Made by a program: the position numbers and the translations under genes
In this document: piece by piece, positions 28,957 to 38,777 of the stretch
Layout of the letters: each line of letters starts with the position of its first letter
Numbering within the stretch: the first letter of the stretch is position 1
The notes under the pieces: model-generated
Seen by the model: only the letters and a program-made list of their open reading frames with translations
The model's database searches: none
What the model was told of the DNA's origin: nothing
Source of the DNA: an uncultured Candidatus Binatia bacterium
GTDB lineage: Bacteria > Desulfobacterota > Binatia > UBA9968 > JAJDTQ01
Assembly: GCA_965242525.1 (NCBI GenBank)
Contig: OZ251459.1
Coordinates: 3,328,001-3,392,000, forward strand
Direction: 5' to 3'
Length of the DNA stretch: 64,000 nt

Positions 28957-30297
28957 ATGACGCGAACGCGCGGCGGCCCCTTCCGCCGGCTGTCGAAGCT
29001 CTACTACGGCTGGCGGATGGTGGGGCTGTTGTCCCTCATCCGCACCATCGGCGGCGGCGTCCACGGGTTCGGCTTCACCGTCTTCTTCCTGCCCGTCAGC
29101 GCCGAGTTGGGCATCAGCCGGGCGGCCACCTCCTTTGCCTTCTCCCTGGCCCGGGCCGAAGGGGCCATCGAGGGTCCGCTGGCGGGTTGGCTCATCGACC
29201 GCTTCGGCGCCAAGCCCGTCATCCTCACCGCCACGCTACTGTGCGGCGTGGGCTACCTCCTGCTCGCCGGCATCGACGGCTACGCCGGCTTCGTGGCGGT
29301 TTACGTCGGGGTGGTCTCCCTGGCTTTCATCCCGGGCTTCGTGCACGCCCCCGCGGTGCTCATCACCCGATGGTTCACCCGCTATCGCGCCCGGGCGTTG
29401 ACCTGCCTGAGCGCCGCCATGCCCATCGGCGGCGTCCTGGTCACGCCCCTGCTGGCGCTGGCCCTCCAGGCCTGGGGCTGGCGCACGGCCGCGGCGCTCA
29501 CGGGCTGCCTGTTCCTGGCGGCGGCAGCGCCGTTGACCCTGGGGATTCGCCCGTCGCCCGAGAGCATGGGCCTGCCCCCGGACGGGGACGGAGCGCCGCC
29601 GCCTGCCGCGGGACGGGGCGCGGCTCCGGGACGGTCCGCGCCGGAGTCCCGCCCGGAGCCGGACTACACCGTGCGCGGCGCCATGCGCACCTCGGTGTTC
29701 TGGCTGTTCGTCCTGTGGATGACCGCCCGGAGCGCCGCCTACACCATCGTCATCGTGCACTTCGTGCCGTTGATGGTGTGGAAGGGCATGACCGAGCAGG
29801 GCGCCGCGTTCCTGCTGTCGGGGTTCGCCTTCATGAACATCGTGGCCCACTTCGTCCTGGGGTGGATCGCCGACCGGACCAACAAGATGCGCTTGGTGAC
29901 CCGGTGCATGGCGCTCTCGTCCATCGCCGTCCTGCCGCTCCTGTGGACCGACGCCCTGTGGGGCTCGTTGCTGTTCGCGGCCCTGTTCTCCGTGCTGGAT
30001 GCGTCCATCCCGGTGGTGTGGGCCGCGGTGGGCGACTTCTTCGGGCGCAGACGCTTCGGCACCATCCGCGGGAACATGAGTTTCTTCTACATGTGGGGCA
30101 GCTTCGCCGGCCCCACCATGGCCGGCGTCATCTATGACCGGTACGGCAGCTACGCCGGCGTGCTGTGGTTGTTGCTGGGCCTGGTGGCGGTCTCCGGCGC
30201 GGCCACGGGCCGCCTGGTGGAGCCGTGGAGCCGTCTTGGCCGCGGCGCGGATGATCCGCACGGCACGGGCGCCGACCTGCCCAGCGTCGATGGCTGA
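28957..30297 (+). CDS. MFS transporter (OFA-like)
   Basis: YYGW start, GWLIDRFG motif A, about 12 hydrophobic segments. Confidence 0.9.
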   Translation: MTRTRGGPFRRLSKLYYGWRMVGLLSLIRTIGGGVHGFGFTVFFLPVSAELGISRAATSFAFSLARAEGAIEGPLAGWLIDRFGAKPVILTATLLCGVGYLLLAGIDGYAGFVAVYVGVVSLAFIPGFVHAPAVLITRWFTRYRARALTCLSAAMPIGGVLVTPLLALALQAWGWRTAAALTGCLFLAAAAPLTLGIRPSPESMGLPPDGDGAPPPAAGRGAAPGRSAPESRPEPDYTVRGAMRTSVFWLFVLWMTARSAAYTIVIVHFVPLMVWKGMTEQGAAFLLSGFAFMNIVAHFVLGWIADRTNKMRLVTRCMALSSIAVLPLLWTDALWGSLLFAALFSVLDASIPVVWAAVGDFFGRRRFGTIRGNMSFFYMWGSFAGPTMAGVIYDRYGSYAGVLWLLLGLVAVSGAATGRLVEPWSRLGRGADDPHGTGADLPSVDG

Positions 30298-30320
30298 CCG
30301 CTGTCGGGAGCGAGGGGAAG

Positions 30321-30971
30321 ATGAACAGGCAGAAACGCACCGCCATCTACGGCCGCCTCCGGGAGCGCAACCCCCGTCCCGAGACCGAGCTCGACTGGGT
30401 GGATCCTTTCGAGTTGCTGGTGGCGGTGGTGCTGTCGGCCCAGGCCACGGACGTGGGCGTCAACAAGGCCACCGCGAAGTTGTTCCCGGCGGCCAACACG
30501 CCCGAACAGATCCTCGCGCTGGGGACCGACGGGCTCAAACGCTACATCCGCACCATCGGCCTCTTCAACAGCAAGGCCGAGAACATCATCAAGACCTGCC
30601 GCATCCTCATGGACCGGCACGCAGGCCAGGTCCCGCGCAGCCGCGAGGCCCTGGAGGCCCTGCCCGGCGTGGGCCGGAAGACCGCCAACGTCATCCTCAA
30701 CACCGCCTTCGGCCAACCCACCATCGCGGTGGACACCCACATCTTCCGCGTGGCCAACCGCACCCGCCTGGCCCGCGGCAAGACGCCCCTGGAAGTCGAG
30801 CAGCGCCTGACCCGCCTCACCCCCCCGGAGTTCCGCAAGGACGCCCACCACTGGCTCATCCTCCACGGCCGCTACGTCTGCAAGGCCCGCAAGCCCGAAT
30901 GCCCCACCTGCTTCCTCGCCGACCTGTGCGAGTTCCCGGACAAGACGCGAGAACCGGCGTCCGAGCCGTGA
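30321..30971 (+). CDS. nth: endonuclease III
   Basis: LSAQATD, LPGVGRKTA HhH, VDTH, C-x6-C-x2-C-x5-C Fe-S motif. Confidence 0.97.
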   Translation: MNRQKRTAIYGRLRERNPRPETELDWVDPFELLVAVVLSAQATDVGVNKATAKLFPAANTPEQILALGTDGLKRYIRTIGLFNSKAENIIKTCRILMDRHAGQVPRSREALEALPGVGRKTANVILNTAFGQPTIAVDTHIFRVANRTRLARGKTPLEVEQRLTRLTPPEFRKDAHHWLILHGRYVCKARKPECPTCFLADLCEFPDKTREPASEP

Positions 30972-31003
30972 CCGCTACGGGTGGGGTCCGATTTGGAAAC
31001 GGC

Positions 31004-31237
31004 TCAATCGGAAAGTGCGCCGAAAAATTTCTCCTTGTTTGAGAACCTCGCTCGATCTTCTTCGGTAGGTGGGTTACTCTGGTAGGGTGGACAGTGGTAG
31101 TAGTAGGTCCGCACGACGCTTGATCTCGCGGCTATTGCCGAAACGAAAGCCCCATAGTCGATTCGCTGTCTGTTGAAGTGGTCGTCGAGCAGCTTGTCGA
31201 TGTATCCCCCATCAAGAAAGACAACCGATCTGTCCAC
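31004..31237 (-). pseudogene. truncated NYN (LabA/DUF88) PIN-like RNase
   Basis: VFLDGGY...RTYYYHCPPYQ N-terminus; stops after ~77 aa before the QKGVD/SGDSD motifs. Confidence 0.75.
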
Positions 31238-31265
31238 GAGGTGCGTCTCCTGTCGGCACGAAAAG

Positions 31266-31347
31266 GAGAGGGGTCCCTTGCAGGACCCCTCTCTCATGAA
31301 AAGCCCGACATCCAGAGTGAACGCCGGGGGGTATAAACAGCGGCGTT
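31266..31347. other. two stem-loops in the leader of the NYN remnant
   Basis: GAGAGGGGTCC/GGACCCCTCTC (31266-31293, 11-bp perfect) and AACGCCG/CGGCGTT (31320-31347). Confidence 0.55.
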
Positions 31348-31566
31348 TGCACGCCTGAAAGATAAGCTAAACCCACAGGCCGCTCGTGTCAAGACCCAAG
31401 GGGCGTCGTCCAGGATCTTGAGGTCGCCGGTTCATAGAGGGCGCCCAGCCGTTCGTGGCGAGGTTGTCCGTCTTGGCGCGGTTCTCCGCCACCGTGTTGG
31501 ATTCCGAGGACTTCCAAGCTATCCTGCTTTCTCAGTACCGACAGACTACCGCAGTGCTGACCCGCC

Positions 31567-34098
31567 ATGAACGAAGCCACAGCGCGCATCAAGATCAACA
31601 GACTGCTGGAAGCGGCCGGATGGCGGTTCTCCGACGAAGGAGACCATCGGGCCAACATCCGCCTCGAATCCGGCGTCACCATTGAACCGGCCGGTCTCGA
31701 CGCCCTCGGAGACAATTTCGAGAAAACCGCCCAAGGATTCATCGACTTCCTTTTGCTGGACGCCAAGGGATTCCCACTGATCGTTCTGGAGGCCAAGGCC
31801 GAGAACAAGAACCCGCTGGTAGGCAAGGAACAGGCGCGCAGGTACGCCCGCGCGCAGAACTGCCGTTTCGTGATCCTCTCCAACGGCAATCTGCACTACT
31901 TCTGGGATCTGGAACGCGGCAGCCCATACATCATCACCACGTTCCCCAGGCCGGAGTCGGTAACCGGCTATCGGGAAGTAACGCCCGACCCGCAGCGCTT
32001 GGCGGAAGAACGGGTCAGCGACGACTACATTGTCCTGACCCAGCGCCCCAATTACGCGTCGGAAGCGGCTTGGAAGAGTGAAGCCGAACGCCCCATCTTC
32101 ATCCGCGCCCATAAGCTGCGCTTTCTGCGTCCCTACCAACTGAATGCCGTCCTTGCCTTGCAACGCGCGGTCCGGGACGGCAACGACCGCTTTCTGTTCG
32201 AGATGGCTACCGGCACGGGCAAGACGCTCACTGCAGCCGCGGTCATAAAGCTGTTCCTGCGCTCCCGCAACGCGCGCCGCGTGCTGTTCCTAGTGGACCG
32301 TCTGGAGTTGGAGGATCAGACCCATAAGGTTTTCACCGCGTTGCTTTCCGTCGACTTCCAGACGGTCATCTACAAGGAGAAGCGCGACGATTGGCGGCGC
32401 GCCGAGATCGTCGTCAGCACGGTCCAATCCCTGCTGTTCAACAACAAGTACCAGCAGCTCTTCTCGCCCACGGATTTCGATCTGGTAATCTCCGACGAGG
32501 CGCATCGCTCCATCGGCGGTAACGCCCGGGCTGTGTTCGATTATTTCGTGGGCTACAAGCTCGGGCTCACCGCGACCCCGCGCGACTACCTGAAGGGTGC
32601 AGACCCCCAACGAGCCGCCAGTCATCCACGGGAGGCTGAGCGCCGGTTGCTGCTGGACACTTACCGTACCTTTGGCTGCGAGAGCGGACAGCCCACCTTT
32701 CGCTACTCGCTGTTGGACGGCGTGAAGGATGGCTACCTGATCAGCCCGACGGTGGTGGATGCGCGCACGGACGTGACCACCCGGCTCCTGTCCGAAGAAG
32801 GGTTCGTGGTCTCCTTCACCGACGAGACGGGCGACGACCGGGATGAGGCATACAGGCAGCGCGAGTTCGAGAAGCGTTTCTTCTCCGAAGCCACCAACCG
32901 CTTGTTCTGCAGGACCTTCTTGGAGAACGCCTTGCGCGATCCGGTTAGCCGAGAGGTGGGCAAGTCCATCATCTTCGGAGTCAGCCAGAACCATGCCGCC
33001 AAGCTCGTCCATATCTTCAACGCGATGGCCCATCGCATGTTCCCTGGCAAGTATCAGTCCGACTTCGCCGTGCAGGTGACCTCGCAGATACCGGACGCCC
33101 AGCCGTTTACCGTGAACTTCACCAACAACAACCTGCTGGGCTCGGGCAATTTCCTGCCCACGTACAGGAGCAGCAAGGCCCGTGTCTGTGTTACTGTAGG
33201 TATGATGACCACCGGGTACGACTGTACCGACGTCCTGAACCTTGGCATGTTTCGGCCCATTTTCTCGCCCACCGATTTCGTCCAGATCAAGGGCCGCGGC
33301 ACCCGCAGGCACCGGTTCCTCGACCAACTCCACGATCCGGCGCTCGCAGAGAACGTCAGGCAGCCCGAAAAGACCGCCTTCAAGCTCTTTGACTTCTTCG
33401 CCAATTGTGAGTACTTTGAGGAAGAATACGATTACGACCAGGTCATCGACCTGCCCAAAGCCGTCACGGACAACGGGCCAACCGACGGTGTTGTGGACGG
33501 GCCGCACACAGTGTTGGAAATATACGAGCATTCGGGTCCGGACGACTTGTCAATGGTGAAGGAAGAAACCATCGGCGTCGAGGGCATGAAGATCGACCGC
33601 ATGTTCTTCGAGCGGTTCGAGGATACAGTGAAGGAGAATGGATTCATCGCCACGTGCGTCGAAGCCGGGGAGTGGGAGAAAGTGATCGAGTACGTCAACC
33701 GGGAAGTCTTCGACAAGCCGGAGGAATACTACAGTTTGGACAAGCTTCGCAGAGCCGCGGCGGTGGACCGTCGCCTGACCCTGCGGGAGATCCTTGAAAA
33801 GGTCTTCGGCCTCATCCCGCGCTTCAAGTCGAGGGACGAGTTGCTGGAGGAGGAGTTCGCCAAGTTCGTCGCCGATTACAAACCCAAAGAGGCGACGGCC
33901 ATCCCCGCCCTCAAGACTTACTTCAAAGCGTACGCCACCAGTAACCAGATCCGCGACATCATCGAAAGCCGTAACTACACAGACCTCGCCACCAACCCGG
34001 CCTTTTCCACCCGGGACTTTCGCGCAGTGCCAGAGAGATACCGCGCCATCATCCCGAATTACATCAAGGACTACGTGCCACTGAACCAGTTCGCCTGA
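31567..34098 (+). CDS. hsdR: type I-like restriction subunit R (EcoKI/EcoEI-type)
   Basis: IDFLL...LEAK nuclease, QARRY, MATGTGKT, DEAHRS, TATP, QIKGRGTR. Confidence 0.9.
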   Translation: MNEATARIKINRLLEAAGWRFSDEGDHRANIRLESGVTIEPAGLDALGDNFEKTAQGFIDFLLLDAKGFPLIVLEAKAENKNPLVGKEQARRYARAQNCRFVILSNGNLHYFWDLERGSPYIITTFPRPESVTGYREVTPDPQRLAEERVSDDYIVLTQRPNYASEAAWKSEAERPIFIRAHKLRFLRPYQLNAVLALQRAVRDGNDRFLFEMATGTGKTLTAAAVIKLFLRSRNARRVLFLVDRLELEDQTHKVFTALLSVDFQTVIYKEKRDDWRRAEIVVSTVQSLLFNNKYQQLFSPTDFDLVISDEAHRSIGGNARAVFDYFVGYKLGLTATPRDYLKGADPQRAASHPREAERRLLLDTYRTFGCESGQPTFRYSLLDGVKDGYLISPTVVDARTDVTTRLLSEEGFVVSFTDETGDDRDEAYRQREFEKRFFSEATNRLFCRTFLENALRDPVSREVGKSIIFGVSQNHAAKLVHIFNAMAHRMFPGKYQSDFAVQVTSQIPDAQPFTVNFTNNNLLGSGNFLPTYRSSKARVCVTVGMMTTGYDCTDVLNLGMFRPIFSPTDFVQIKGRGTRRHRFLDQLHDPALAENVRQPEKTAFKLFDFFANCEYFEEEYDYDQVIDLPKAVTDNGPTDGVVDGPHTVLEIYEHSGPDDLSMVKEETIGVEGMKIDRMFFERFEDTVKENGFIATCVEAGEWEKVIEYVNREVFDKPEEYYSLDKLRRAAAVDRRLTLREILEKVFGLIPRFKSRDELLEEEFAKFVADYKPKEATAIPALKTYFKAYATSNQIRDIIESRNYTDLATNPAFSTRDFRAVPERYRAIIPNYIKDYVPLNQFA

Positions 34099-34117
34099 AT
34101 CGTGAGGAGGAACCGCC

Positions 34118-36120
34118 TTGCTCGACTCCACCACCAAACACCGTATTGACACCGCCCGTGATATCCTCGTGGGCAAGGTGCCTGACCCCAAGAGTCAGGT
34201 GGAGCAGATCACCATCGCGCTCATCTATAAGTTCATGGACGATATGGACGCCGAAAGCGAGGAGTTGGGAGGACGGCGCAGGTTTTTTGCCAACAGGTTC
34301 GCCCGCTACGGCTGGACGAAGTTGATGCGCTCCGGCCTGGGGGGGCACGAAACCCTGAACCTCTATGCCGAAGCCATCACCCGTATGCCCGAGAACCCCG
34401 GCATTCCACCCCTGTTCCGCAGCATCTTTAACAATGCCTACCTGCCCTACCGCGACCCGGAGACCTTGCGCGCCTTCCTAAAGGTCATCAACGAGTTCAC
34501 CTATGACCACTCGGAGCGGCTGGGAGACGCTTTCGAGTACCTGCTGTCCGTCATGGGTTCCCAGGGCGACGCTGGCCAGTTCCGCACCCCGCGCCACATC
34601 ATCGACTTCATCGTCGCCATCATCGACCCGAAAAAGGATGAGACTATGCTCGATCCGGCGTGCGGTACCGGAGGTTTCCTCATCTCCTCTTACAAACACA
34701 TCCTGAAGACCAACACGGACGAGGACGGGAACAGCACTCTCACGCCCGAAGACCGCCGCCGACTCGCCGTCAACTTCAAGGGCTACGATATCTCTCCCGA
34801 CATGGTGCGCCTCTCCCTCGTGAATATGTACCTCCACGGCTTCGCCGACCCGCACATCTTGGAGTACGACACCCTCACCAGCCAGGAACACTGGAACGAG
34901 TACGCCGACGTCATACTGGCCAACCCCCCTTTCATGTCACCCAAGGGCGGCATCCGCCCACACAACCGGTTTTCGGTCCAGTCCAAGCGTAGCGAAGTCC
35001 TGTTCGTGGACTACATGGCCGAGCACTTGAACCCTACTGGCCGAGCCGGAATCATCGTACCCGAAGGCATCATCTTCCAGAGTCAAGGCGCACACACGAA
35101 ATTGCGCCGGATGCTGGTAGAGGATTTCCTCGTAGCGGTCATTTCATTGCCAGCCGGCGTGTTCCAGCCCTATTCCGGCGTGAAGACCTCGATCCTGATC
35201 CTGGACAAGGCGCTGGCCAAACGGACAAACCGCATCGCTTTCTTCGGGGTGGAGAACGACGGCTACGATCTAGGAGCACAGCGACGACCGATCGAGGAGA
35301 ACGACTTGCCACGCGTAACGGCCGAGATCGTAGAGTATCTGGGCCACTCGCGAACCGATAAATTCCTGAACGCTGCCGAACCGATACGCGCCGGGCAAGT
35401 GGCGGAGCCTAGGGGTACGTATACGACGGTCGAACCGTCCAGAGGCTTTCAACCTAATAGCGGACTCATCGTCGAGAAGGAACAAATCGCCACTCTTGGA
35501 GGCTATGGCTTGAATGCGGTGCGTTATCAGGAAGGCGACACCCGCAAGAAGAAATCAAAGTGGCCACTTGTGAAAGTTAAGGATGTGTGCCAAGCTATTT
35601 TGGGTGGTGGCACTCCTTCTACGAAAAACGAAGAGTACTGGCAAGGGAAGATTCCTTGGATCACAAGTGCCGACATCGTAAATCTCACGACTGCGAGACC
35701 ACGTCGATATATCACGGAGAAAGCAATAAAGGAATCGGCCACCAACTTGATCCCCAAAGACAATGTGGTAGTTGTAACAAGAGTTGGCCTCGGGAAACTA
35801 TTCAGGAACAGTTTTGATATATGTATTAGTCAAGACTCACATGGGTTGATCGTGAAAGATGGAGTCAATGCGGATTATCTGGTACAGATACTGAAAGACA
35901 AGGTGAAGGAATTCAAGAAAAGCAGTCAAGGTTCGACCATACAGGGAGTTACAAAAAGAGACTAGCCGAAATTGAGATACCTCTTCCTCCGCCGATCGTA
36001 CAACGAGAAATCGTAGAAGAGATAGAGAGGTGCCAAAAAGTTATAGACGAGGCATTAGAATTGGTAACGCAGATGAACAGCAAAATAGAGACAACCCTAA
36101 CGCGAGTGTGGGAATCATAG
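34118..36120 (+). CDS. hsdM: N6-adenine methyltransferase fused to a single HsdS half (TRD); frameshifted near 35953-35960
   Basis: GQFRTP, DPACGTGGF, NPPF; then GGGTPST/IPWI TRD; frame stops at 35965 but the -1 frame continues LAEIEIPLPPPIVQREIV...TRVWES* to 36120. Confidence 0.85.
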
Positions 36121-36124
36121 TTTT

Positions 36125-37792
36125 ATGAGAGAGAATCAAATGTATTGGGATATTCCGCAAATTGTCGGCGAGCCGCTGCATATACCTATCACTGGCGGCG
36201 ACCGGATTTTCATCGTAGGTCCCAACGGTTCGGGAAAATCAGCGTTGATTCAGCACTTTGTCTCGTTACATGGGTCTCAGAATCAGCCTCAGGAAATCCA
36301 ACGTATTGCAGCGCATAGGCAGACATGGCTTACTTCGGGAAGCATTGATGTTACACCGAAGAAACGCAGACAGTTTGATGAAATCTTTAAGACATATGAA
36401 ACCGATCCTGCCTCACGATGGATGGATAGGAGTCCGCACGAGAGACAGTCAGCGGTGCTCTTTGATTTGGTTGCGCAAGAGAATGATCGAGCCCGTCGCA
36501 TTACTCGTCAAGTTGACGATGGAAAGGAGTGTGAAGCGAAACGAATCGCTGCTAGAACAACATCTCCTTTCGCTCGACTCAACGATCTATTACAATGTGG
36601 AATGTTGACAATCACACTTGAAGATTCGCTTGGGGAAGAGATACTGGCTCGGCATCGAGGTACGGAAACCTCCTTCAGCATGGCGCAGATGTCGGATGGG
36701 GAACGAAATGCTGCTATTATTGCCGCTAATGTATTGACTGTGAAACCTGATACTATATTGTTAATCGATGAACCGGAGCGGCATTTGCACAGGTCGATTA
36801 TTGAGCCTTTTCTTTCTGCCGTGTTTGAACAACGACAAGACTGTGCGTTCATCATTTCGACACATGAGCTCGCCCTGCCGATTGCCAATCCAAGAGCACA
36901 AGTTCTTATGGTTCGATCATGTAGATGGGGGGCGGATACTGCAGAAGCGTGGGATGCGCAACTTCTCAAAGCAAGTCCGGAACTACCGGAAGATCTGAAA
37001 CGCTTGATCCTGGGTGCTCGAAGGAGAATTTTGTTTGTCGAGGGCACCTCAGGCAGCTTAGACCTACCACTTTATACTACTCTATTCCCGAAGGTCTCCG
37101 TGGTGTCGCAGGGGAGTTGTACTGATCTCCTAAGGGCCGTAAAAGGCTTGCGAGAGACTACAAACCTGCATCACGTCGAGGCATTTGGTCTTATTGACCG
37201 GGATAACCGCGGAGAGGATGAGGTTAAACAATTGTTTGATAATGGAGTGTTTGCTCTCGAAGTGTACTCAGTGGAAGCGCTTTACTATTCTCTGGACGCT
37301 ATTGAAGCGGTGGCTCGTTGGCAAGCGAATTCATTCAGGTGCAGCGCCGATGAGATGATCGCGTCTGTGAAAGAGGAAGCATTGCGTGTCTTGGAGGAAA
37401 GCGATTTGGCAGAAAGAATGGCAGCACGACGAAGTGCCGGTCGGATACATGCTGAATTATTGTCACAAATGCCTGATTGGAAATACATCAGAGACCATAG
37501 GGGTAGCAGATTCAAAGTTTCCGTGGAGTCTCCGTACTCAGAGGAACTGGAGCATTTTCGCAAACTTGTTGCCGAAAAGAGATTGGATGAACTCGTCGCA
37601 CGCTATCCGTTACGCGAGAGTCGTCTATTCAATACCATTGCCAACGCTTTGAAGTGTCGTTACAGAAGTGACTACGAGCAGATGGTGCTTTCCCGGCTTA
37701 GAGACGCCGAGAATCTGGCTCAGAAGCTGAAACAACGCGTCGGCCCTCTCGCGACGGAGCTTGAGCGGGCTACCTCCCGGGAAGCAGGCTGA
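36125..37792 (+). CDS. ABC-type ATPase fused to DUF4435/TOPRIM-like domain (PARIS AriA-AriB fused-like)
   Basis: GPNGSGKS, MSDGER, IDEPERHLH, STH; C-half LFVEG...D and GLIDRD TOPRIM-like acidic motifs. Confidence 0.8.
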   Translation: MRENQMYWDIPQIVGEPLHIPITGGDRIFIVGPNGSGKSALIQHFVSLHGSQNQPQEIQRIAAHRQTWLTSGSIDVTPKKRRQFDEIFKTYETDPASRWMDRSPHERQSAVLFDLVAQENDRARRITRQVDDGKECEAKRIAARTTSPFARLNDLLQCGMLTITLEDSLGEEILARHRGTETSFSMAQMSDGERNAAIIAANVLTVKPDTILLIDEPERHLHRSIIEPFLSAVFEQRQDCAFIISTHELALPIANPRAQVLMVRSCRWGADTAEAWDAQLLKASPELPEDLKRLILGARRRILFVEGTSGSLDLPLYTTLFPKVSVVSQGSCTDLLRAVKGLRETTNLHHVEAFGLIDRDNRGEDEVKQLFDNGVFALEVYSVEALYYSLDAIEAVARWQANSFRCSADEMIASVKEEALRVLEESDLAERMAARRSAGRIHAELLSQMPDWKYIRDHRGSRFKVSVESPYSEELEHFRKLVAEKRLDELVARYPLRESRLFNTIANALKCRYRSDYEQMVLSRLRDAENLAQKLKQRVGPLATELERATSREAG

Positions 37793-37800
37793 ATCAATGG

Positions 37801-37850
37801 GCTCTTCCGGCTTTCGTGTGGGTAGGGATAGGGAGGAAAGGGGGGGTGAG
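37801..37850 (+). repeat. isolated left end of family-2 element
   Basis: GCTCTTCCGGCTTTCGTGTGGGTAGGGA. Confidence 0.65.
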
Positions 37851-37882
37851 ACAGGGTAGAGGGAGCGGCAAGGGAGGGAGCA

Positions 37883-38215
37883 ATGCGCTACGTCGCGCTC
37901 ATCCACGGTGGTGACGGTTCCGGTTTCGGCATCAGCTTCCCCGACTTTCCCGGATATGCGTCGGATGGCGACACCGTGGAGGAAGCCTTCCACCGCGGCG
38001 CCGAGGCGCTGGCCTTTCACATCGAGGGCATGATCGAGGACGGAGAAACCATCCCGGAACCGCTCGGCGTCCAGGAGGTCAGGGCCGATCCGAGCCTTGC
38101 GGAATGGCGGGAGGGCGCGGACGTGGCCTTCGTTCCTCTCGTCCTCGACAAGGGTTCCCCGTGACGTGTCCGCGTCTCTCTGGATTACGGTTCGCTGCAG
38201 GCCATCCACAAAGGG
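37883..38215 (+). pseudogene. HicB-family antitoxin with in-frame stop
   Basis: YVALIH...FGISFPDFPG...GDT; TGA at 38162-38164 followed in frame by RVRVSLDYGSLQAI (start of RHH domain), then truncated. Confidence 0.7.
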
Positions 38216-38226
38216 CACTCATGGCC

Positions 38227-38415
38227 TCATTTGAGTACTTCCACCCCAAGGTCCCTGCATATCTTCTTCGCTAGGATGTCCTTTATCTCGGAATGCCGTG
38301 GAATCGCGGAACGCTTGTTCAAAGCAGGGTTGTGCCACCACGAATGCTTGCGGCCTTCCCGCAGGAGGTCACACCCCCGGCTTCGTAGATACTGCAAGAG
38401 TTCGTTTCTCTTCAC
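38227..38415 (-). CDS. hicA: HicA-family mRNA interferase toxin
   Basis: REGRKHSWW, AIPRHSEI, 62 aa basic protein. Confidence 0.88.
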   Translation of the reverse strand: MKRNELLQYLRSRGCDLLREGRKHSWWHNPALNKRSAIPRHSEIKDILAKKICRDLGVEVLK

Positions 38416-38624
38416 AGGGTGACGGTTTCTTCCCTGAAGTCACTTCCCGCCGCCTTCAGGGCATCCCGCCGGTTGAATTCCAGTGCTTCCCGGAGCGTTA
38501 CCGCCAAGGTGTCCATCAACTCTTCATGGGTCCTTTCCTGGCAGTTCACTCCGGGCACTTCTTCGATCCATCCCAGCCACCAGTCGCCTTCCTGCTTGAC
38601 GACGGCGGTATATTCCTTTTCCAT
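38412..38624 (-). CDS. hicB: short HicB-family antitoxin
   Basis: YTAVVKQEGDWWLGWIEEVPGVNCQ; GTGA overlap with hicA. Confidence 0.88.
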   Translation of the reverse strand: MEKEYTAVVKQEGDWWLGWIEEVPGVNCQERTHEELMDTLAVTLREALEFNRRDALKAAGSDFREETVTL

Positions 38625-38777
38625 GGTGGTTGCCTCCGTACCAGGCCCCGTGATGCGGTCGGCTGCGCCGAAGCGGGTTTTCAGGTGCTGCCGGTCTGAG
38701 GGTTCAAGTCTATACTGTCGGTCCGGGATCATGCAACGTCGCTGTCGTTCTGCCTATTTCACGACACGCTCCCGCAC

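Noticed and set aside
35951-35962. Canonical programmed -1 frameshift heptamer
   Set aside because: Zero-frame A AAA AGA does not fit X XXY YYZ and no clear downstream stimulator was seen.
38162-38164. In-frame TGA in hicB as selenocysteine or read-through
   Set aside because: Position is not a Cys site in HicB, no evident SECIS, and the gene is truncated shortly afterwards.
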